A stretch of DNA of 32,000 nucleotides from Candidatus Heimdallarchaeota archaeon B3_Heim (GCA_003144275.1 NJBF01000002.1:103239-135238); one strand, 5' to 3'. Counted from the stretch's first letter, positions 14,856-24,392 are shown. Translations and numbers: made by a program. The notes: generated from the letters alone by a model not told the origin.

Positions 14856-17846
14856 TTAAACAATCGATCTTTTCCTTGAGTATCCTCGTCTGATTCGCCA
14901 GATAATTATTGTCGAAATCAGACCTGATAAGATGAAAAATCTGTGTAAAGGGGTTTCAAAGCTTGTTGTGGTGCTAATTGTAGTTTTTGAAGTCGTGGAT
15001 GTCGTAGTGGAAGTGGTTGTCGCAGAAAATACCTCCACAGCGAACGCTTGATCATTAATAGCTATGTATTGAATATTCCCAGCATTATCAATGGTTACAG
15101 GAATGAAATAATAAGTTCCTAATGAAGAAGTATCCAAGCTAAAATCATAGATTCCATCAGAATCTTGATCAAGAACCTCGGTTATTTGAATATCTCCTTC
15201 ATTGAAAACCCAGAGTAGTAGAACTTTATAAATTCCAGTTGTAATCTCGTTTGCAATTGAAGGATCCTCAATATCAACAACAAAAGCCAGATCATCATTC
15301 TGTAGAATTTGACTTGGAATAGTATCCAACAAACTCATGGTGGGAGCAGTAATATCTCCAGTATCAATCGTTAATTCAAGATAACCAGAAGCACTGACTT
15401 TTCTCCCCGAATATGATTCTGCAAAAAGTGTAACATCAATTCGAGAAGTTCCCCCAGGATAATTCAATGGCACTTCCACAATAAATCCGTCTCCACTTGA
15501 GATTTGATCTCCTAAATCACCATAAAAACTACTTGCATTATAAAAGATCAATTGAGATGTTGTATTTGCTGATCCAGTAATACTGAACCCAGTATTATCA
15601 ACTTGAACATTGATATGCAGGAAGAAAACTTCTCCTGGATCAGGAATGCCATCACCATTGCCATAAAGAAAATCATCGATTGAATAGCTAAGTATTGTGA
15701 TTTCTGGAGGAAGTAATTCCACTATATCCATAGTAATATTGACTGTTTGATACACATCGTGACCATTTGAATCAGTGCATACGATATGAAGTGTAAAAAC
15801 AGCAGTTTGGTTTCTCGCTGTAACAGGAATATGAATTCGAGCTCTTGTAGAGGTTCCACTACCTAAAACAGCAAGGTCTCCAATGACAATGTGAGGATTT
15901 GTGATATTTAAATCAGGATTATCGCTAGTGACAAAACCTGATACTGTATATGCCTCTCCTTCACCTGTATTTTGAATAGAAAATTCGAGCTCTACAGTTT
16001 CTCCTGCTTCAAAGAGACCATCCAAATCACTATCGTATCCTGCTGCAGAAAGAAGATTGAAACTCGGTTTTGGAGCAAAAACGGGAATAGCAAAGTAAAG
16101 TAGATCAACATACGCATACGTTGCATCCTCATAGTAGACATAAAAATACAAGTAAACCAATCCGTCATCGTGGATTGACATCGTTGAGAGATTAACAAAT
16201 CCAAGAACCTCTGAGGATCCGATATTGACATTTGAAATATTCGTCTGATCACTTACCAGTATTGCTGTATTGACAGTATCAGTATCCAATGCTCCTGCTA
16301 CAAGAATTTGAGCGTTCAGGATATCAGCGGAACCTCTATTTGTAACATTGAAATACAGGCCAAGCTCCTCTCCCGACTTCCAGTAATCATCTGGAATATC
16401 CGATAAAACGTTACTAACTTCGAGATAAGTATCACCTGAATGGACTACTCGGAAATATAGCTCATAGAGACTTGTCCAAATAGAACCATTGACCGAGAAA
16501 TAGTCAAAGGTTACATTAACAAGGATAAAATTACCTGAATAATCACTTGGAATAGTAAATTGGAAATTTGTTTGAAGCTCATAATTACCTTGGTTTTTCA
16601 AAAGCAGTGGGATAGAATCTTCACCTGAAACTGATACATTCATCGAATCAGCGGTTGAATTAATGCTAAGTGCTGATCCATCCCCTAAGTTTGTTGTTAA
16701 GACCGAAAAGCTTACTATATCACTTGGTTCCAATATGCCGTCATCATCACCATTTTGATCGGAATAATTATAGGCGACCCCATAAACGAAAGGTAAATCG
16801 TCAGAAGGCAAAACATTGGTAGCTAGCGTTAAAACATCGCTATTTTCAGGTTGTAGATGATTCGTTAACACAGGGAAAGAGAAAATTGGAAAATGAAAAG
16901 GTAGATTGAATATTGGTAGTCCAATAGTGATATCCAGGTAAAAAACTAAACTTAGAATAAATTCCATGTCAAAATCAAACAAATCGGTTGTGACATAATC
17001 CTGGAAAAAGAACTCAGGGACTTCCACTGAGAAAGCCTGAATAGATCCCTCTTTCTTCCAATCCAAAAAATTGTTTGATAGTGAGACCCCAAAATCATCC
17101 GAGCTTACAGAGGCAGAAAAATCTGTATCAATTTTCGGACCGACAGAGACTCCGAGATTCAATAAAGGAATTACTGTGGGAAAGGATACGCCTACTTTAC
17201 CCAAAACTGCTTGTCCATTCATAGGAGTATCAAAGCTCCAATTTTTATCAAAAGGAAGACTTCCAATACCTGGACCAATGACAGGCCCAATGCCAAAAAT
17301 TTGTGCCTTGAAAAAATAATCAAAGTCAAAGTCGATAGAAAAACCCATGCGTGCAGGATAATTGTCATCAACGATTGCCTGAGTAATAATTTGTGTTCGA
17401 TCATTTGCAGTCATTGAATTATTTCGATAAGTCGCAAGAACCACAGGCATACTGGCAAAAACGGTTGTTGTAACAGTTTGATTCAAATTATACTGAATAA
17501 TCCCCGAAGTGTCCTCTTGATGTGATTGGGACTGATAGATTTTGTTGTAAGTAAAATTCAGGAGCCAATAGTCTACAGTATCATAGAGAATACTAGATTG
17601 TGCTGATTTAATACTATTTAGAGGTGAGACAGATAATTCATTTGTCCCAGAGATTTCTTCTAACGCTGTATGGACTGTTTGAGTATAATTTTCCTTTTCA
17701 TTCATTTTACTCGGATTATATTTGTTTATTAATTGAGTTTCTTCAGTTTTGGAAGAAATTGGAGGTCTAATCATCATTGATACAAATACTGCCGAAAATA
17801 ACAATACACATAATGGTAATCCATAAACAATTGATTCTTTTTTCAT
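14856..17846 (-). CDS. Large secreted cell-surface glycoprotein with CARDB/Ig-like repeats and Thr-linker + C-terminal TM anchor
   Basis: N-terminal signal; repeats DDDGILEPSDIV..TNLG, DYWKSGEEL..TNRG, DLDGLFEAGETV..QNTG, GNGDGIPDPGEV; many NxS/T sequons; TTTSTTTSTTS..FETP..TM..RIRR. ATG 17846 is the likely start. Confidence 0.8.
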   Translation of the reverse strand: MKKESIVYGLPLCVLLFSAVFVSMMIRPPISSKTEETQLINKYNPSKMNEKENYTQTVHTALEEISGTNELSVSPLNSIKSAQSSILYDTVDYWLLNFTYNKIYQSQSHQEDTSGIIQYNLNQTVTTTVFASMPVVLATYRNNSMTANDRTQIITQAIVDDNYPARMGFSIDFDFDYFFKAQIFGIGPVIGPGIGSLPFDKNWSFDTPMNGQAVLGKVGVSFPTVIPLLNLGVSVGPKIDTDFSASVSSDDFGVSLSNNFLDWKKEGSIQAFSVEVPEFFFQDYVTTDLFDFDMEFILSLVFYLDITIGLPIFNLPFHFPIFSFPVLTNHLQPENSDVLTLATNVLPSDDLPFVYGVAYNYSDQNGDDDGILEPSDIVSFSVLTTNLGDGSALSINSTADSMNVSVSGEDSIPLLLKNQGNYELQTNFQFTIPSDYSGNFILVNVTFDYFSVNGSIWTSLYELYFRVVHSGDTYLEVSNVLSDIPDDYWKSGEELGLYFNVTNRGSADILNAQILVAGALDTDTVNTAILVSDQTNISNVNIGSSEVLGFVNLSTMSIHDDGLVYLYFYVYYEDATYAYVDLLYFAIPVFAPKPSFNLLSAAGYDSDLDGLFEAGETVELEFSIQNTGEGEAYTVSGFVTSDNPDLNITNPHIVIGDLAVLGSGTSTRARIHIPVTARNQTAVFTLHIVCTDSNGHDVYQTVNITMDIVELLPPEITILSYSIDDFLYGNGDGIPDPGEVFFLHINVQVDNTGFSITGSANTTSQLIFYNASSFYGDLGDQISSGDGFIVEVPLNYPGGTSRIDVTLFAESYSGRKVSASGYLELTIDTGDITAPTMSLLDTIPSQILQNDDLAFVVDIEDPSIANEITTGIYKVLLLWVFNEGDIQITEVLDQDSDGIYDFSLDTSSLGTYYFIPVTIDNAGNIQYIAINDQAFAVEVFSATTTSTTTSTTSKTTISTTTSFETPLHRFFILSGLISTIIIWRIRRGYSRKRSIV

Positions 17847-18117
17847 TTTTTGCTCATTCCCAACTAAAATCCTCAAAAACAAGTGATTTCACGGATCTCA
17901 TTGGAAATTAATAAATCTATGGGAGTTTCCGAAAAGCAAAAACAAATTATAACTTGTAACAAAGAAGTGGAAACACTATGCTTGCACATGCTTTTTCAGG
18001 AGCATAATGACTGTAGAGACAAGACTCACTTTCGAGTATCTCTCTCATTCTGTGTTGAACTCATATACCGCTTGAATGTAGGTTTGTCTGGTAATTAAGA
18101 GTTGAGAGGCGAGAAAC

Positions 18118-18387
18118 ATGGCCATTATTCTGGAAAAGAGTCACTATAAATATATGAGCAAGAAAAGTATCCGGGAGCATTTCGTTAAACGCTTGAATGA
18201 AACTTATACTGAGTTCACACTTATACAAGAGTTATACTATAGCAAATACAACCAGAGACTTTTCAGATCTGATGAGAAAAAGATTCTCAGGAAAATGTTA
18301 TTGGAAATTCGCCGGTTACGGGCAACCATAGAGCTTAATGATCAAAATGCGTCTTTGCGTCGGATGGTTCCGAGGGAAAAAGTATGA
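18118..18387 (+). CDS. Hypothetical helical protein
   Basis: GAGAGG upstream; ATGA overlap with next gene. Confidence 0.6.
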   Translation: MAIILEKSHYKYMSKKSIREHFVKRLNETYTEFTLIQELYYSKYNQRLFRSDEKKILRKMLLEIRRLRATIELNDQNASLRRMVPREKV

Positions 18388-18767
18388 ATTCTACGCATTC
18401 TAAAAGAAACGCGAAGATACTTAGCTTAAGTAGTTCCAAAGACATGCTTGAATGTGATCATTGTGAATATGTCGCTCATTGTGATTTAAAAGGACCGCAG
18501 GATTCCGTTTGTCCTCATTCTTCTAGTTTTGACCAGAATGAGAATCATTTCCAAGAAACAGATTTTACAGACCGTCGTTATAAAGAAATTAAACTAATTA
18601 AATTACCCTCCAAAGCAGAAGAAATTACTTTGAAAATGACTGCAGGAGAAATCAACATCCTGGAATATGCAGCCTATCAATTAGAGATTTCTTTGGAAAG
18701 ATATCTTGAAGTTACATTTAGACTAGAAGTAGAAAGAGTTCAGAGAAAATATGGTATTAAATTATAA
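18384..18767 (+). CDS. Cys-rich N-terminus + C-terminal RHH-like domain
   Basis: CDHC..HC..CPH; ITLKMTAGEINILEYAAYQLEISLERYL fits RHH strand-helix-helix pattern. Confidence 0.5.
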   Translation: MNSTHSKRNAKILSLSSSKDMLECDHCEYVAHCDLKGPQDSVCPHSSSFDQNENHFQETDFTDRRYKEIKLIKLPSKAEEITLKMTAGEINILEYAAYQLEISLERYLEVTFRLEVERVQRKYGIKL

Positions 18768-18777
18768 CGGAATGTGA

Positions 18778-19563
18778 TTAGACATGAATTGTTGTTGATC
18801 CATTTTGATTTAATTCCCAAATTTTTTTTCCAAAACGCTCACGAATATATGTCTCGTCTTTCCCACCTCTTAAAGAAACCTTTTGAACATTAAAACGTGT
18901 TTTTGGGGTTGGATTCCCTGAACTAGTTAACCGTAATAGATTTACACCAGTTCTTCTGGCAAAAGCTCTTTGTTCTGGTGAATAGTTTGTGTTTCCTTGG
19001 AAATATGCAGCAAAAAATAGCTTATCAATAAATGATGGGTAGCCAAAGATTTGTCTGATTTTTCTGTAAAAAGACTTATTATCAACCTTTGCCTCAATAG
19101 CCCAAAATTCATATTTAGATTGATTTTTTCTTCTTTCTAGTAGACCTACACCAAGGATATCTATCTCAATTCCTTCTTTTTCTCCTGGATATCTAAAATT
19201 TATCTTTGAAAGTAATCTTAAATCACGAAACGGAGGTTTCTTATGTTTCATTTCAGACTTTAACCAAGTTTTCAATGAAGATAATAACCAATCTTCTTGT
19301 ACAATACCTTCTAATTTTCCTCTATAGAACTTAAATATTCTTTTTTCAATATTATCTAATTTAACTTGTTTATTTTTTAAACTCATTTCTCGGAGAAAAT
19401 CTTCAAGTTCAGTCATTGTATAATTAGATCGTGTCATTTCCTTTTTTAAAATTGGGAAGATTCTTGGCAAATCTTTTCTTAAATCATCCTTTTTTAATTC
19501 AAATTCCCTCTTTAGATTATGAAGTAATTCCTTATAACTTTTTACCATCACAGGATCCTTCAA
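18778..19563 (-). CDS. PD-(D/E)XK nuclease-like protein with N-terminal coiled region
   Basis: EDWL..IEIDILGVG..WAIEAK..IDKLFFAAY..GVNLLRL. Confidence 0.65.
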   Translation of the reverse strand: MKDPVMVKSYKELLHNLKREFELKKDDLRKDLPRIFPILKKEMTRSNYTMTELEDFLREMSLKNKQVKLDNIEKRIFKFYRGKLEGIVQEDWLLSSLKTWLKSEMKHKKPPFRDLRLLSKINFRYPGEKEGIEIDILGVGLLERRKNQSKYEFWAIEAKVDNKSFYRKIRQIFGYPSFIDKLFFAAYFQGNTNYSPEQRAFARRTGVNLLRLTSSGNPTPKTRFNVQKVSLRGGKDETYIRERFGKKIWELNQNGSTTIHV

Positions 19564-19590
19564 AACTCTCAGATCGTCTTCTAATTAAAC

Positions 19591-19818
19591 TCATTTTTTA
19601 CTCTTCTCCCCTTCTCTTCTAGCTTTTATTTTCTCTAAATGATGTTGTTCCTCTAATTTAATTAGATTAATTGTTGCTATATGTACAAATTTTGCTTTAT
19701 TTCGGTCATAAGCATCAGAAATTTCAGGAAACTCTTCAAATAATCTATCTAAACGTTTTTGCATTGATTTCGGAAGATTTGGCCTGTAATATTCAACTTT
19801 CTCTGTAGTTTTTTGCAT
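19591..19818 (-). CDS. Putative RHH/CopG-like repressor
   Basis: YYRPNLPKSMQKRLDRL..NKAKFVHIAT; transcribed divergently from the early operon. Confidence 0.5.
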   Translation of the reverse strand: MQKTTEKVEYYRPNLPKSMQKRLDRLFEEFPEISDAYDRNKAKFVHIATINLIKLEEQHHLEKIKARREGEKSKK

Positions 19819-19856
19819 GTAAAACGCTTTTGAAGTAGAACTATTAATTAATAATT

Positions 19857-19923
19857 TGTCTAATATCTGTCATATATTCGAGGTTAGTTTTATATATGTC
19901 TAATAACAGGCATATATTAGACA
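19857..19923. promoter_or_regulatory. Twin operators TGTCTAATA-N9-TATTAGACA in divergent promoter
   Basis: Perfect 9-9-9 palindrome at 19897-19923; degenerate copy TGTCTAATA-N9-TATTCGAGG at 19857-19883; TATA-like TTTATATA between them. Confidence 0.65.
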
Positions 19924-19940
19924 GTTATTAGGTGTCTTTA

Positions 19941-20081
19941 ATGAGTGATGTTAAGGAAATTATTTTTAAAACACGAATTAACGAATCCCGACGCATAAAA
20001 ATTCCCCCTTCATCAGACTTTTTCGAAACAGGGGAGGCAGTGCGTGTTACAGTCGAAAAACTAGCGGAGGCGGAGGCCTAA
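19941..20081 (+). CDS. AbrB/SpoVT-like swapped-hairpin regulator, 46 aa (not in ORF track)
   Basis: Manual translation MSDVKEIIFKTRINESRRIKIPPSSDFFETGEAVRVTVEKLAEAEA; RIxIP...GxxVxV pattern; TAATG overlap with next gene. Confidence 0.65.
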   Translation: MSDVKEIIFKTRINESRRIKIPPSSDFFETGEAVRVTVEKLAEAEA

Positions 20082-20473
20082 TGCCTCTTCGTACCGTTTT
20101 TGGTTTAGAGGGCAACCCTCTGGAGATTATACAATTCGAGGGGTTTGAATGTAATTGCTCTTTTTGTCAGGACTCAATTACTGAGGGGGTGGTAATCAGA
20201 TATAACGAGCAGCAGAAGATAATATTATGTTTACCCTGTTTTGATTTTCTTCAGGAGGGTTTTGATTCAATCAGAGTCGGGCAGAGTCAGCCCCATTCAA
20301 TCAAGGAAGTCGAAGCAACCACCGATCTCTCCCAGGACGAATTTCTAAACAAAGTCGTCCAAGACCCCCAAGCTCGGAATTTTTTGCTCCGACGCATGAA
20401 ATTCCAAAATAATGTGACTCCTGATCCTGAGCTCGAAAAACGCATTCACTTTTTGGAGGCAGGTCCTCAATGA
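20081..20473 (+). CDS. Zn-finger-containing hypothetical protein
   Basis: CSFC...CLPC; translationally coupled on both sides. Confidence 0.7.
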   Translation: MPLRTVFGLEGNPLEIIQFEGFECNCSFCQDSITEGVVIRYNEQQKIILCLPCFDFLQEGFDSIRVGQSQPHSIKEVEATTDLSQDEFLNKVVQDPQARNFLLRRMKFQNNVTPDPELEKRIHFLEAGPQ

Positions 20474-20775
20474 CGGTTTCTTCTGAAAGTAGAGACAAGA
20501 TTCCCGACTGGCGGACTTACTCTGATGAGGAAAAAGCTCAGCTGCAAAAAGAAGCATTAGACATTCTCAACAACTATGAGCTTCCTACCCCTAACGCAGA
20601 CGATTCTATTCGACGGTTTAATCTTCCCAAGGGCTTTCAAATCCGTTGGAGAAAATGTGGAAAATCCTGTAGATGTCAGAACGGGGAGCTGCATGGTCCG
20701 TATTTGTATAAAGTAACCTATGACAAACAAACCAAAACCCAGCATTGGCTTTACATTGGGAGGTATGAGCCGTGA
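20470..20775 (+). CDS. DUF6788-like protein (CGKxCxC..HGPY motif), common in archaeal viruses/plasmids
   Basis: RWRKCGKSCRCQNGELHGPYLY...WLYIG. Confidence 0.7.
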   Translation: MTVSSESRDKIPDWRTYSDEEKAQLQKEALDILNNYELPTPNADDSIRRFNLPKGFQIRWRKCGKSCRCQNGELHGPYLYKVTYDKQTKTQHWLYIGRYEP

Positions 20776-21008
20776 GCCGTTGGAATCATCCCAAAAACAA
20801 AAAGAAACCAGAACAGAGCATTTCGGAGACCGAACGCATTATTTTCGAGGATAAAGTTCCGCTCTCAAAGCAGAAGCAGGAAATATCCCCCAAACAAGCC
20901 TCTCTCTCGATTCAACAAGCCACTAAACTGTTGAATTATCACGGATCCATTCATCTGAGAAACTTGACACCCAACTTGACAAACTTGACACGAAAGGAGC
21001 GAAAATGA
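20772..21008 (+). CDS. Hypothetical protein
   Basis: GTGA/ATGA overlaps; 3' end carries AACTTGACA repeats. Confidence 0.55.
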   Translation: MSRWNHPKNKKKPEQSISETERIIFEDKVPLSKQKQEISPKQASLSIQQATKLLNYHGSIHLRNLTPNLTNLTRKERK

Positions 21009-21213
21009 TCATGCCGAGATTAACATTTGAAGCACGAATGATCATAAGTAATAACCAAAATCTCTCATTAAGAAAACTTCAACATCTCTTGGTAGAAAAG
21101 ACAGATATTAAGTATTCTCCTCAAGGGATTGCTAATTACAAGAAGACTCTTCCGACTTTGTCTAACTTGACAGTGTCCAAAAAAGTTGACACTCCACTCG
21201 AGAAACTTGACAC
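20961..21213. repeat. Six AA(C/G)TTGACA(C) direct repeats (iteron-like)
   Basis: Copies start at 20961, 20973, 20982, 21164, 21183, 21204. Confidence 0.75.
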
Positions 21214-21469
21214 TGGAACTCCCAAAGCTCAAAAGAAGAAAACCAACGGAGAGAGCAAGAAAATCCCCCCTAAGGATAATTCTAAGTTAATCATGGATTA
21301 TAGCCGCGTGGTTAATTGTATCCATGTTAATATCAACCCAGTCCAACGTGAAACATTAATGGATATTTGTGGGGGCTACAAAGTCGCTCGTGTGCGAAAA
21401 TATCTTAGTGACACCTTGCTCATTGCACTAGGAATAGCACCAAAAACCAATTTGACGGAGGAACAGTAA
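21005..21469 (+). CDS. HTH-like DNA-binding protein
   Basis: LSLRKLQHLLVEKTDIKYSPQGIANY resembles helix-turn-helix; AGGAG upstream. Confidence 0.5.
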   Translation: MIMPRLTFEARMIISNNQNLSLRKLQHLLVEKTDIKYSPQGIANYKKTLPTLSNLTVSKKVDTPLEKLDTGTPKAQKKKTNGESKKIPPKDNSKLIMDYSRVVNCIHVNINPVQRETLMDICGGYKVARVRKYLSDTLLIALGIAPKTNLTEEQ

Positions 21470-21741
21470 TGCAAATGTTCAAAGTGAAAAGGAAATTACA
21501 AAGAATACGATGGAGTATTTATGGTCCTATTTATCGGAAAATAATCCTTCCAATTAAATTAAAACGATATGGAAAAGAATGTAAGCAATGTAAAAGAAAA
21601 TACATCCCTCCACCGTATAAAACTCGTTTTTCATGTGCGACCATTGATTATTGTGCTGGGTGTGCTTACGATATGGATTCTCAGGTGATGTCAGAAGAAG
21701 AGCAGTGGGGATATGGAGAAGACTGGGAGGATGACTATTGA
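21469..21741 (+). CDS. Zn-ribbon protein with acidic tail
   Basis: CKQC...CAGC; C-terminal EEEQWGYGEDWEDDY. Confidence 0.65.
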   Translation: MQMFKVKRKLQRIRWSIYGPIYRKIILPIKLKRYGKECKQCKRKYIPPPYKTRFSCATIDYCAGCAYDMDSQVMSEEEQWGYGEDWEDDY

Positions 21742-22181
21742 TGCCTCTCTTACGATTCACTAAATTAATTCCATTGGTAAGAAATCACACAAAAACTCAG
21801 ACCATGAGAATTCCCCGAAAGGTTCCTAAAAACTGGAAAACCAAAGAAAAAGTCTGGGATGTTGGAGACGTTCTTCATGTATATGTTCTGGAAAAATTAG
21901 GGGAAGGAAAGATCACTTCTATTACAAAGAAGAAATTACGAGATATCACTTTAGAAGATGCTCAGAAAGACGGGTTCCCGTCAATAGAAGAGTGTCAGAA
22001 ATGTCTTATACAAATGCATAAGTGTGATCTGGACCAAGAATTTGAAATTGTTAATTATGATCCGTTCTGGTCTAAACAAACAGTAATGACTGAAACGGAG
22101 ATAGCGGGTCTTGTTTTTTCAGGTTGGGGAGGTGGATTGGGGGATAGACTACAAAACACCGATACGGAGGTAGAATCTTGA
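21738..22181 (+). CDS. ASCH (PUA-like) domain protein
   Basis: KTQTMR..WDVGDVLHVY..KITSITKKKLRDITLEDAQKDGF. Confidence 0.8.
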   Translation: MMPLLRFTKLIPLVRNHTKTQTMRIPRKVPKNWKTKEKVWDVGDVLHVYVLEKLGEGKITSITKKKLRDITLEDAQKDGFPSIEECQKCLIQMHKCDLDQEFEIVNYDPFWSKQTVMTETEIAGLVFSGWGGGLGDRLQNTDTEVES

Positions 22182-22672
22182 CTATAGGCACGAAAGATCT
22201 TGTCGGCTTTCCTAGTTATAAAATCACAAAAGATGGGAAAATTTGGAGTAAAAGCCGCCGAAAATGGATAAAACCCTTTGAAAATCTACTTAAACATAGA
22301 CCAAACAATCAGCCTTACTTACGAATAGCGCTCATTGATAAAAACAAAAAAAGAAGAAAGGTTATGGTTCATCGGTTAGTAGCAGAAACCTTTCTACCAA
22401 ATCCAGATAAAAAACCTTTTGTGAATCACATTAACGGAAACAAACAAGATAATAATACTAAAAACTTGGAATGGACAACAAACAAGGAAAACAGTATCCA
22501 TGCCAGTAAAAACAATCTTCTAAATAGGAAAATTTCAAACGAAGATGTAAAAAAGATTCGTTTATTGAGAGAAAGATTCGGGTTCACCCATAAAAACATA
22601 GCGAATTGTTTTCCAATAAAACGCCGAATGGTAGGGAGAATTTTAGCAAAAGAAAGGAGGCAATATATTTGA
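22178..22672 (+). CDS. HNH homing endonuclease (NUMOD4-like N-terminus, HNH_3, C-terminal HTH)
   Basis: VHRLVAETFLPNPDKKPFVNHINGNKQDNNTKNLEW..EN. Confidence 0.9.
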   Translation: MTIGTKDLVGFPSYKITKDGKIWSKSRRKWIKPFENLLKHRPNNQPYLRIALIDKNKKRRKVMVHRLVAETFLPNPDKKPFVNHINGNKQDNNTKNLEWTTNKENSIHASKNNLLNRKISNEDVKKIRLLRERFGFTHKNIANCFPIKRRMVGRILAKERRQYI

Positions 22673-23430
22673 CTCGTGGAGTTTATGAATGGGCTAACTG
22701 CAGTATCAATTTTCAGTCAGGTTGCAAGGCTGGCTGCGAATATTGCTATGCTCGACTGATAGCTGATCGAACAGGGTGGAAAAAATGGGATGACTGGACT
22801 AATCCCGTTATCAGAACCAAAGATGTTGTGAAGAACTATAGAAAGCGAAACGGAAGGATTATGTTTCCCTCTTCTCATAATATTGATTCTGGTAACATTG
22901 TATCGGCAATTACTATCTTGAAAAAACTCACTCGTGCACATAATGAAGTCTTGGTAGTGTTAAAACCCACTGCGTCAATAATTAGACAAATAATCAAATC
23001 TTTAGGTGATTATATCCGTTTTGTTGAGTTTCGTTTCACTATTACTACTTTCTCGGATTTAATTCGTGGCCCCCTAGAACCCTATGCCTCAAGTATACCC
23101 GAAAGAATGTTTGCCATCAAAGAAGCACGTCTACACATGTCTCCTAATCGTGTTTCGGTATCAATCGAACCGTTTCTTGATCATGATCCAACAAAATTAA
23201 TCCATTATTTAATTCGTAACGGAATCCACGATTACAATATTTGGCTTGGACCCATGAATCATCGGAATCAACTCAAACAAAGATCACCAGTTATTCGTGA
23301 TTTTCATACTGGTTTGGAACTTGCGTATGGTTCTGACAATTTACGGAAGATTCACGGGAAATTAAACGCCCTGGGGTTGAGGATTAACTACAAAGACGGA
23401 TTTTTGAAACAAATGGAGGCTGGAAATTGA
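22669..23430 (+). CDS. Radical SAM protein (SPL-like / phage Gp37-Gp68-like)
   Basis: GCKAGCEYCYAR (CxxxCxxC); VSIEP; TTG start at 22669 with AGGAGG upstream is more likely than 22606. Confidence 0.8.
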   Translation: MTRGVYEWANCSINFQSGCKAGCEYCYARLIADRTGWKKWDDWTNPVIRTKDVVKNYRKRNGRIMFPSSHNIDSGNIVSAITILKKLTRAHNEVLVVLKPTASIIRQIIKSLGDYIRFVEFRFTITTFSDLIRGPLEPYASSIPERMFAIKEARLHMSPNRVSVSIEPFLDHDPTKLIHYLIRNGIHDYNIWLGPMNHRNQLKQRSPVIRDFHTGLELAYGSDNLRKIHGKLNALGLRINYKDGFLKQMEAGN

Positions 23431-23858
23431 CGGGTCATGGCAAAATATATGAGAAAATTGAAGGAGCAGACAGAATGACGAAAGCAAAAAACGAGATCAA
23501 ATCTATTGAGATAAAATATAGCAATGGCGAAGACTACATTGGCTTTCCCTCTCAGGGTGATATAGTTGGAATAGTTGAGAACTTATTGAATTATTTAGAC
23601 ACTGGTCATATTTCAACAATTCATTTTGAAACAGCGGGGAGGTTAATCACGGCACAAAATCAATCTAAGAAGTGTCCTGGATGTGGAGGAAATAATACCA
23701 GAAAGAAACGGATTGCTTGTCAGAATGATCTTGAAAATACTGAAGATTACTGTGATGATTGTGAGATGTTTTTCTTTATCATAAGGCAAAAACTGGATGA
23801 AACTGAATTTGTTGAACCAGATAACTCACCAAATCAATCTTCTCCGACATGCGAATGA
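23427..23858 (+). CDS. Zn-ribbon-containing hypothetical protein
   Basis: CPGC...CDDC; alternative ATG at 23475. Confidence 0.6.
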   Translation: MTGHGKIYEKIEGADRMTKAKNEIKSIEIKYSNGEDYIGFPSQGDIVGIVENLLNYLDTGHISTIHFETAGRLITAQNQSKKCPGCGGNNTRKKRIACQNDLENTEDYCDDCEMFFFIIRQKLDETEFVEPDNSPNQSSPTCE

Positions 23859-23867
23859 GGACGAACG

Positions 23868-24128
23868 ATGTTAATTCAAATTTCAAGAGAAGAAGAAAAG
23901 AAATTACGGCATGAATTAGAATTTCTGAAATCTTATCGTGACGATATTGATCATATTTTGAAATATTTTGGAACTCTACACGGTCAATGCGGGATCCAGG
24001 TTAATGTCAGTGAAGAATTCAGATCGGACTTAAATAAAATAAAAATGGCTATAATTAAAGAAATTGGAAGACGGAGAGAGAATTATCGTTTATTGGGAAT
24101 TCAAAGTAGATTCCCTAGAGATTTGTGA
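23868..24128 (+). CDS. Hypothetical helical protein
   Basis: GAGG upstream; in operon. Confidence 0.6.
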   Translation: MLIQISREEEKKLRHELEFLKSYRDDIDHILKYFGTLHGQCGIQVNVSEEFRSDLNKIKMAIIKEIGRRRENYRLLGIQSRFPRDL

Positions 24129-24155
24129 ATCTAACCAAGACTAGGAGGAAGTCAA

Positions 24156-24392
24156 ATGATGCTTTTTGAATGTTTAGAATGTAATGGCACTGGAGAAGTC
24201 TTCAATCCTGCTTTTGAGCAATGTATCAACGAAGGATCTGAATATGAAGGGAGATGTCAAGGCTGTCCATATTCTTACGATTGTAATAAAGGGGAATTGA
24301 TCTATTGTGATAATTGCAATGGGGAAGGACGATTAAGTCTTGATCCGAAGAAGTGGAAACCAATTTTTGTTGTTATAGAGGAGGAAAACTGA
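24156..24392 (+). CDS. DnaJ-type CxxCxGxG zinc-finger protein
   Basis: CLECNGTG and CDNCNGEG plus central CQGC..C. Confidence 0.7.
   Translation: MMLFECLECNGTGEVFNPAFEQCINEGSEYEGRCQGCPYSYDCNKGELIYCDNCNGEGRLSLDPKKWKPIFVVIEEEN

Noticed and set aside
17071-18098. Short ORFs within or next to the surface-protein gene, including 17883-18098
   Set aside because: Antisense shadows or probable divergent promoter DNA; no motifs.
20961-21213. TTGACA copies as bacterial -35 promoter boxes
   Set aside because: Archaeal context, intragenic clustering, and no correctly spaced -10 elements.
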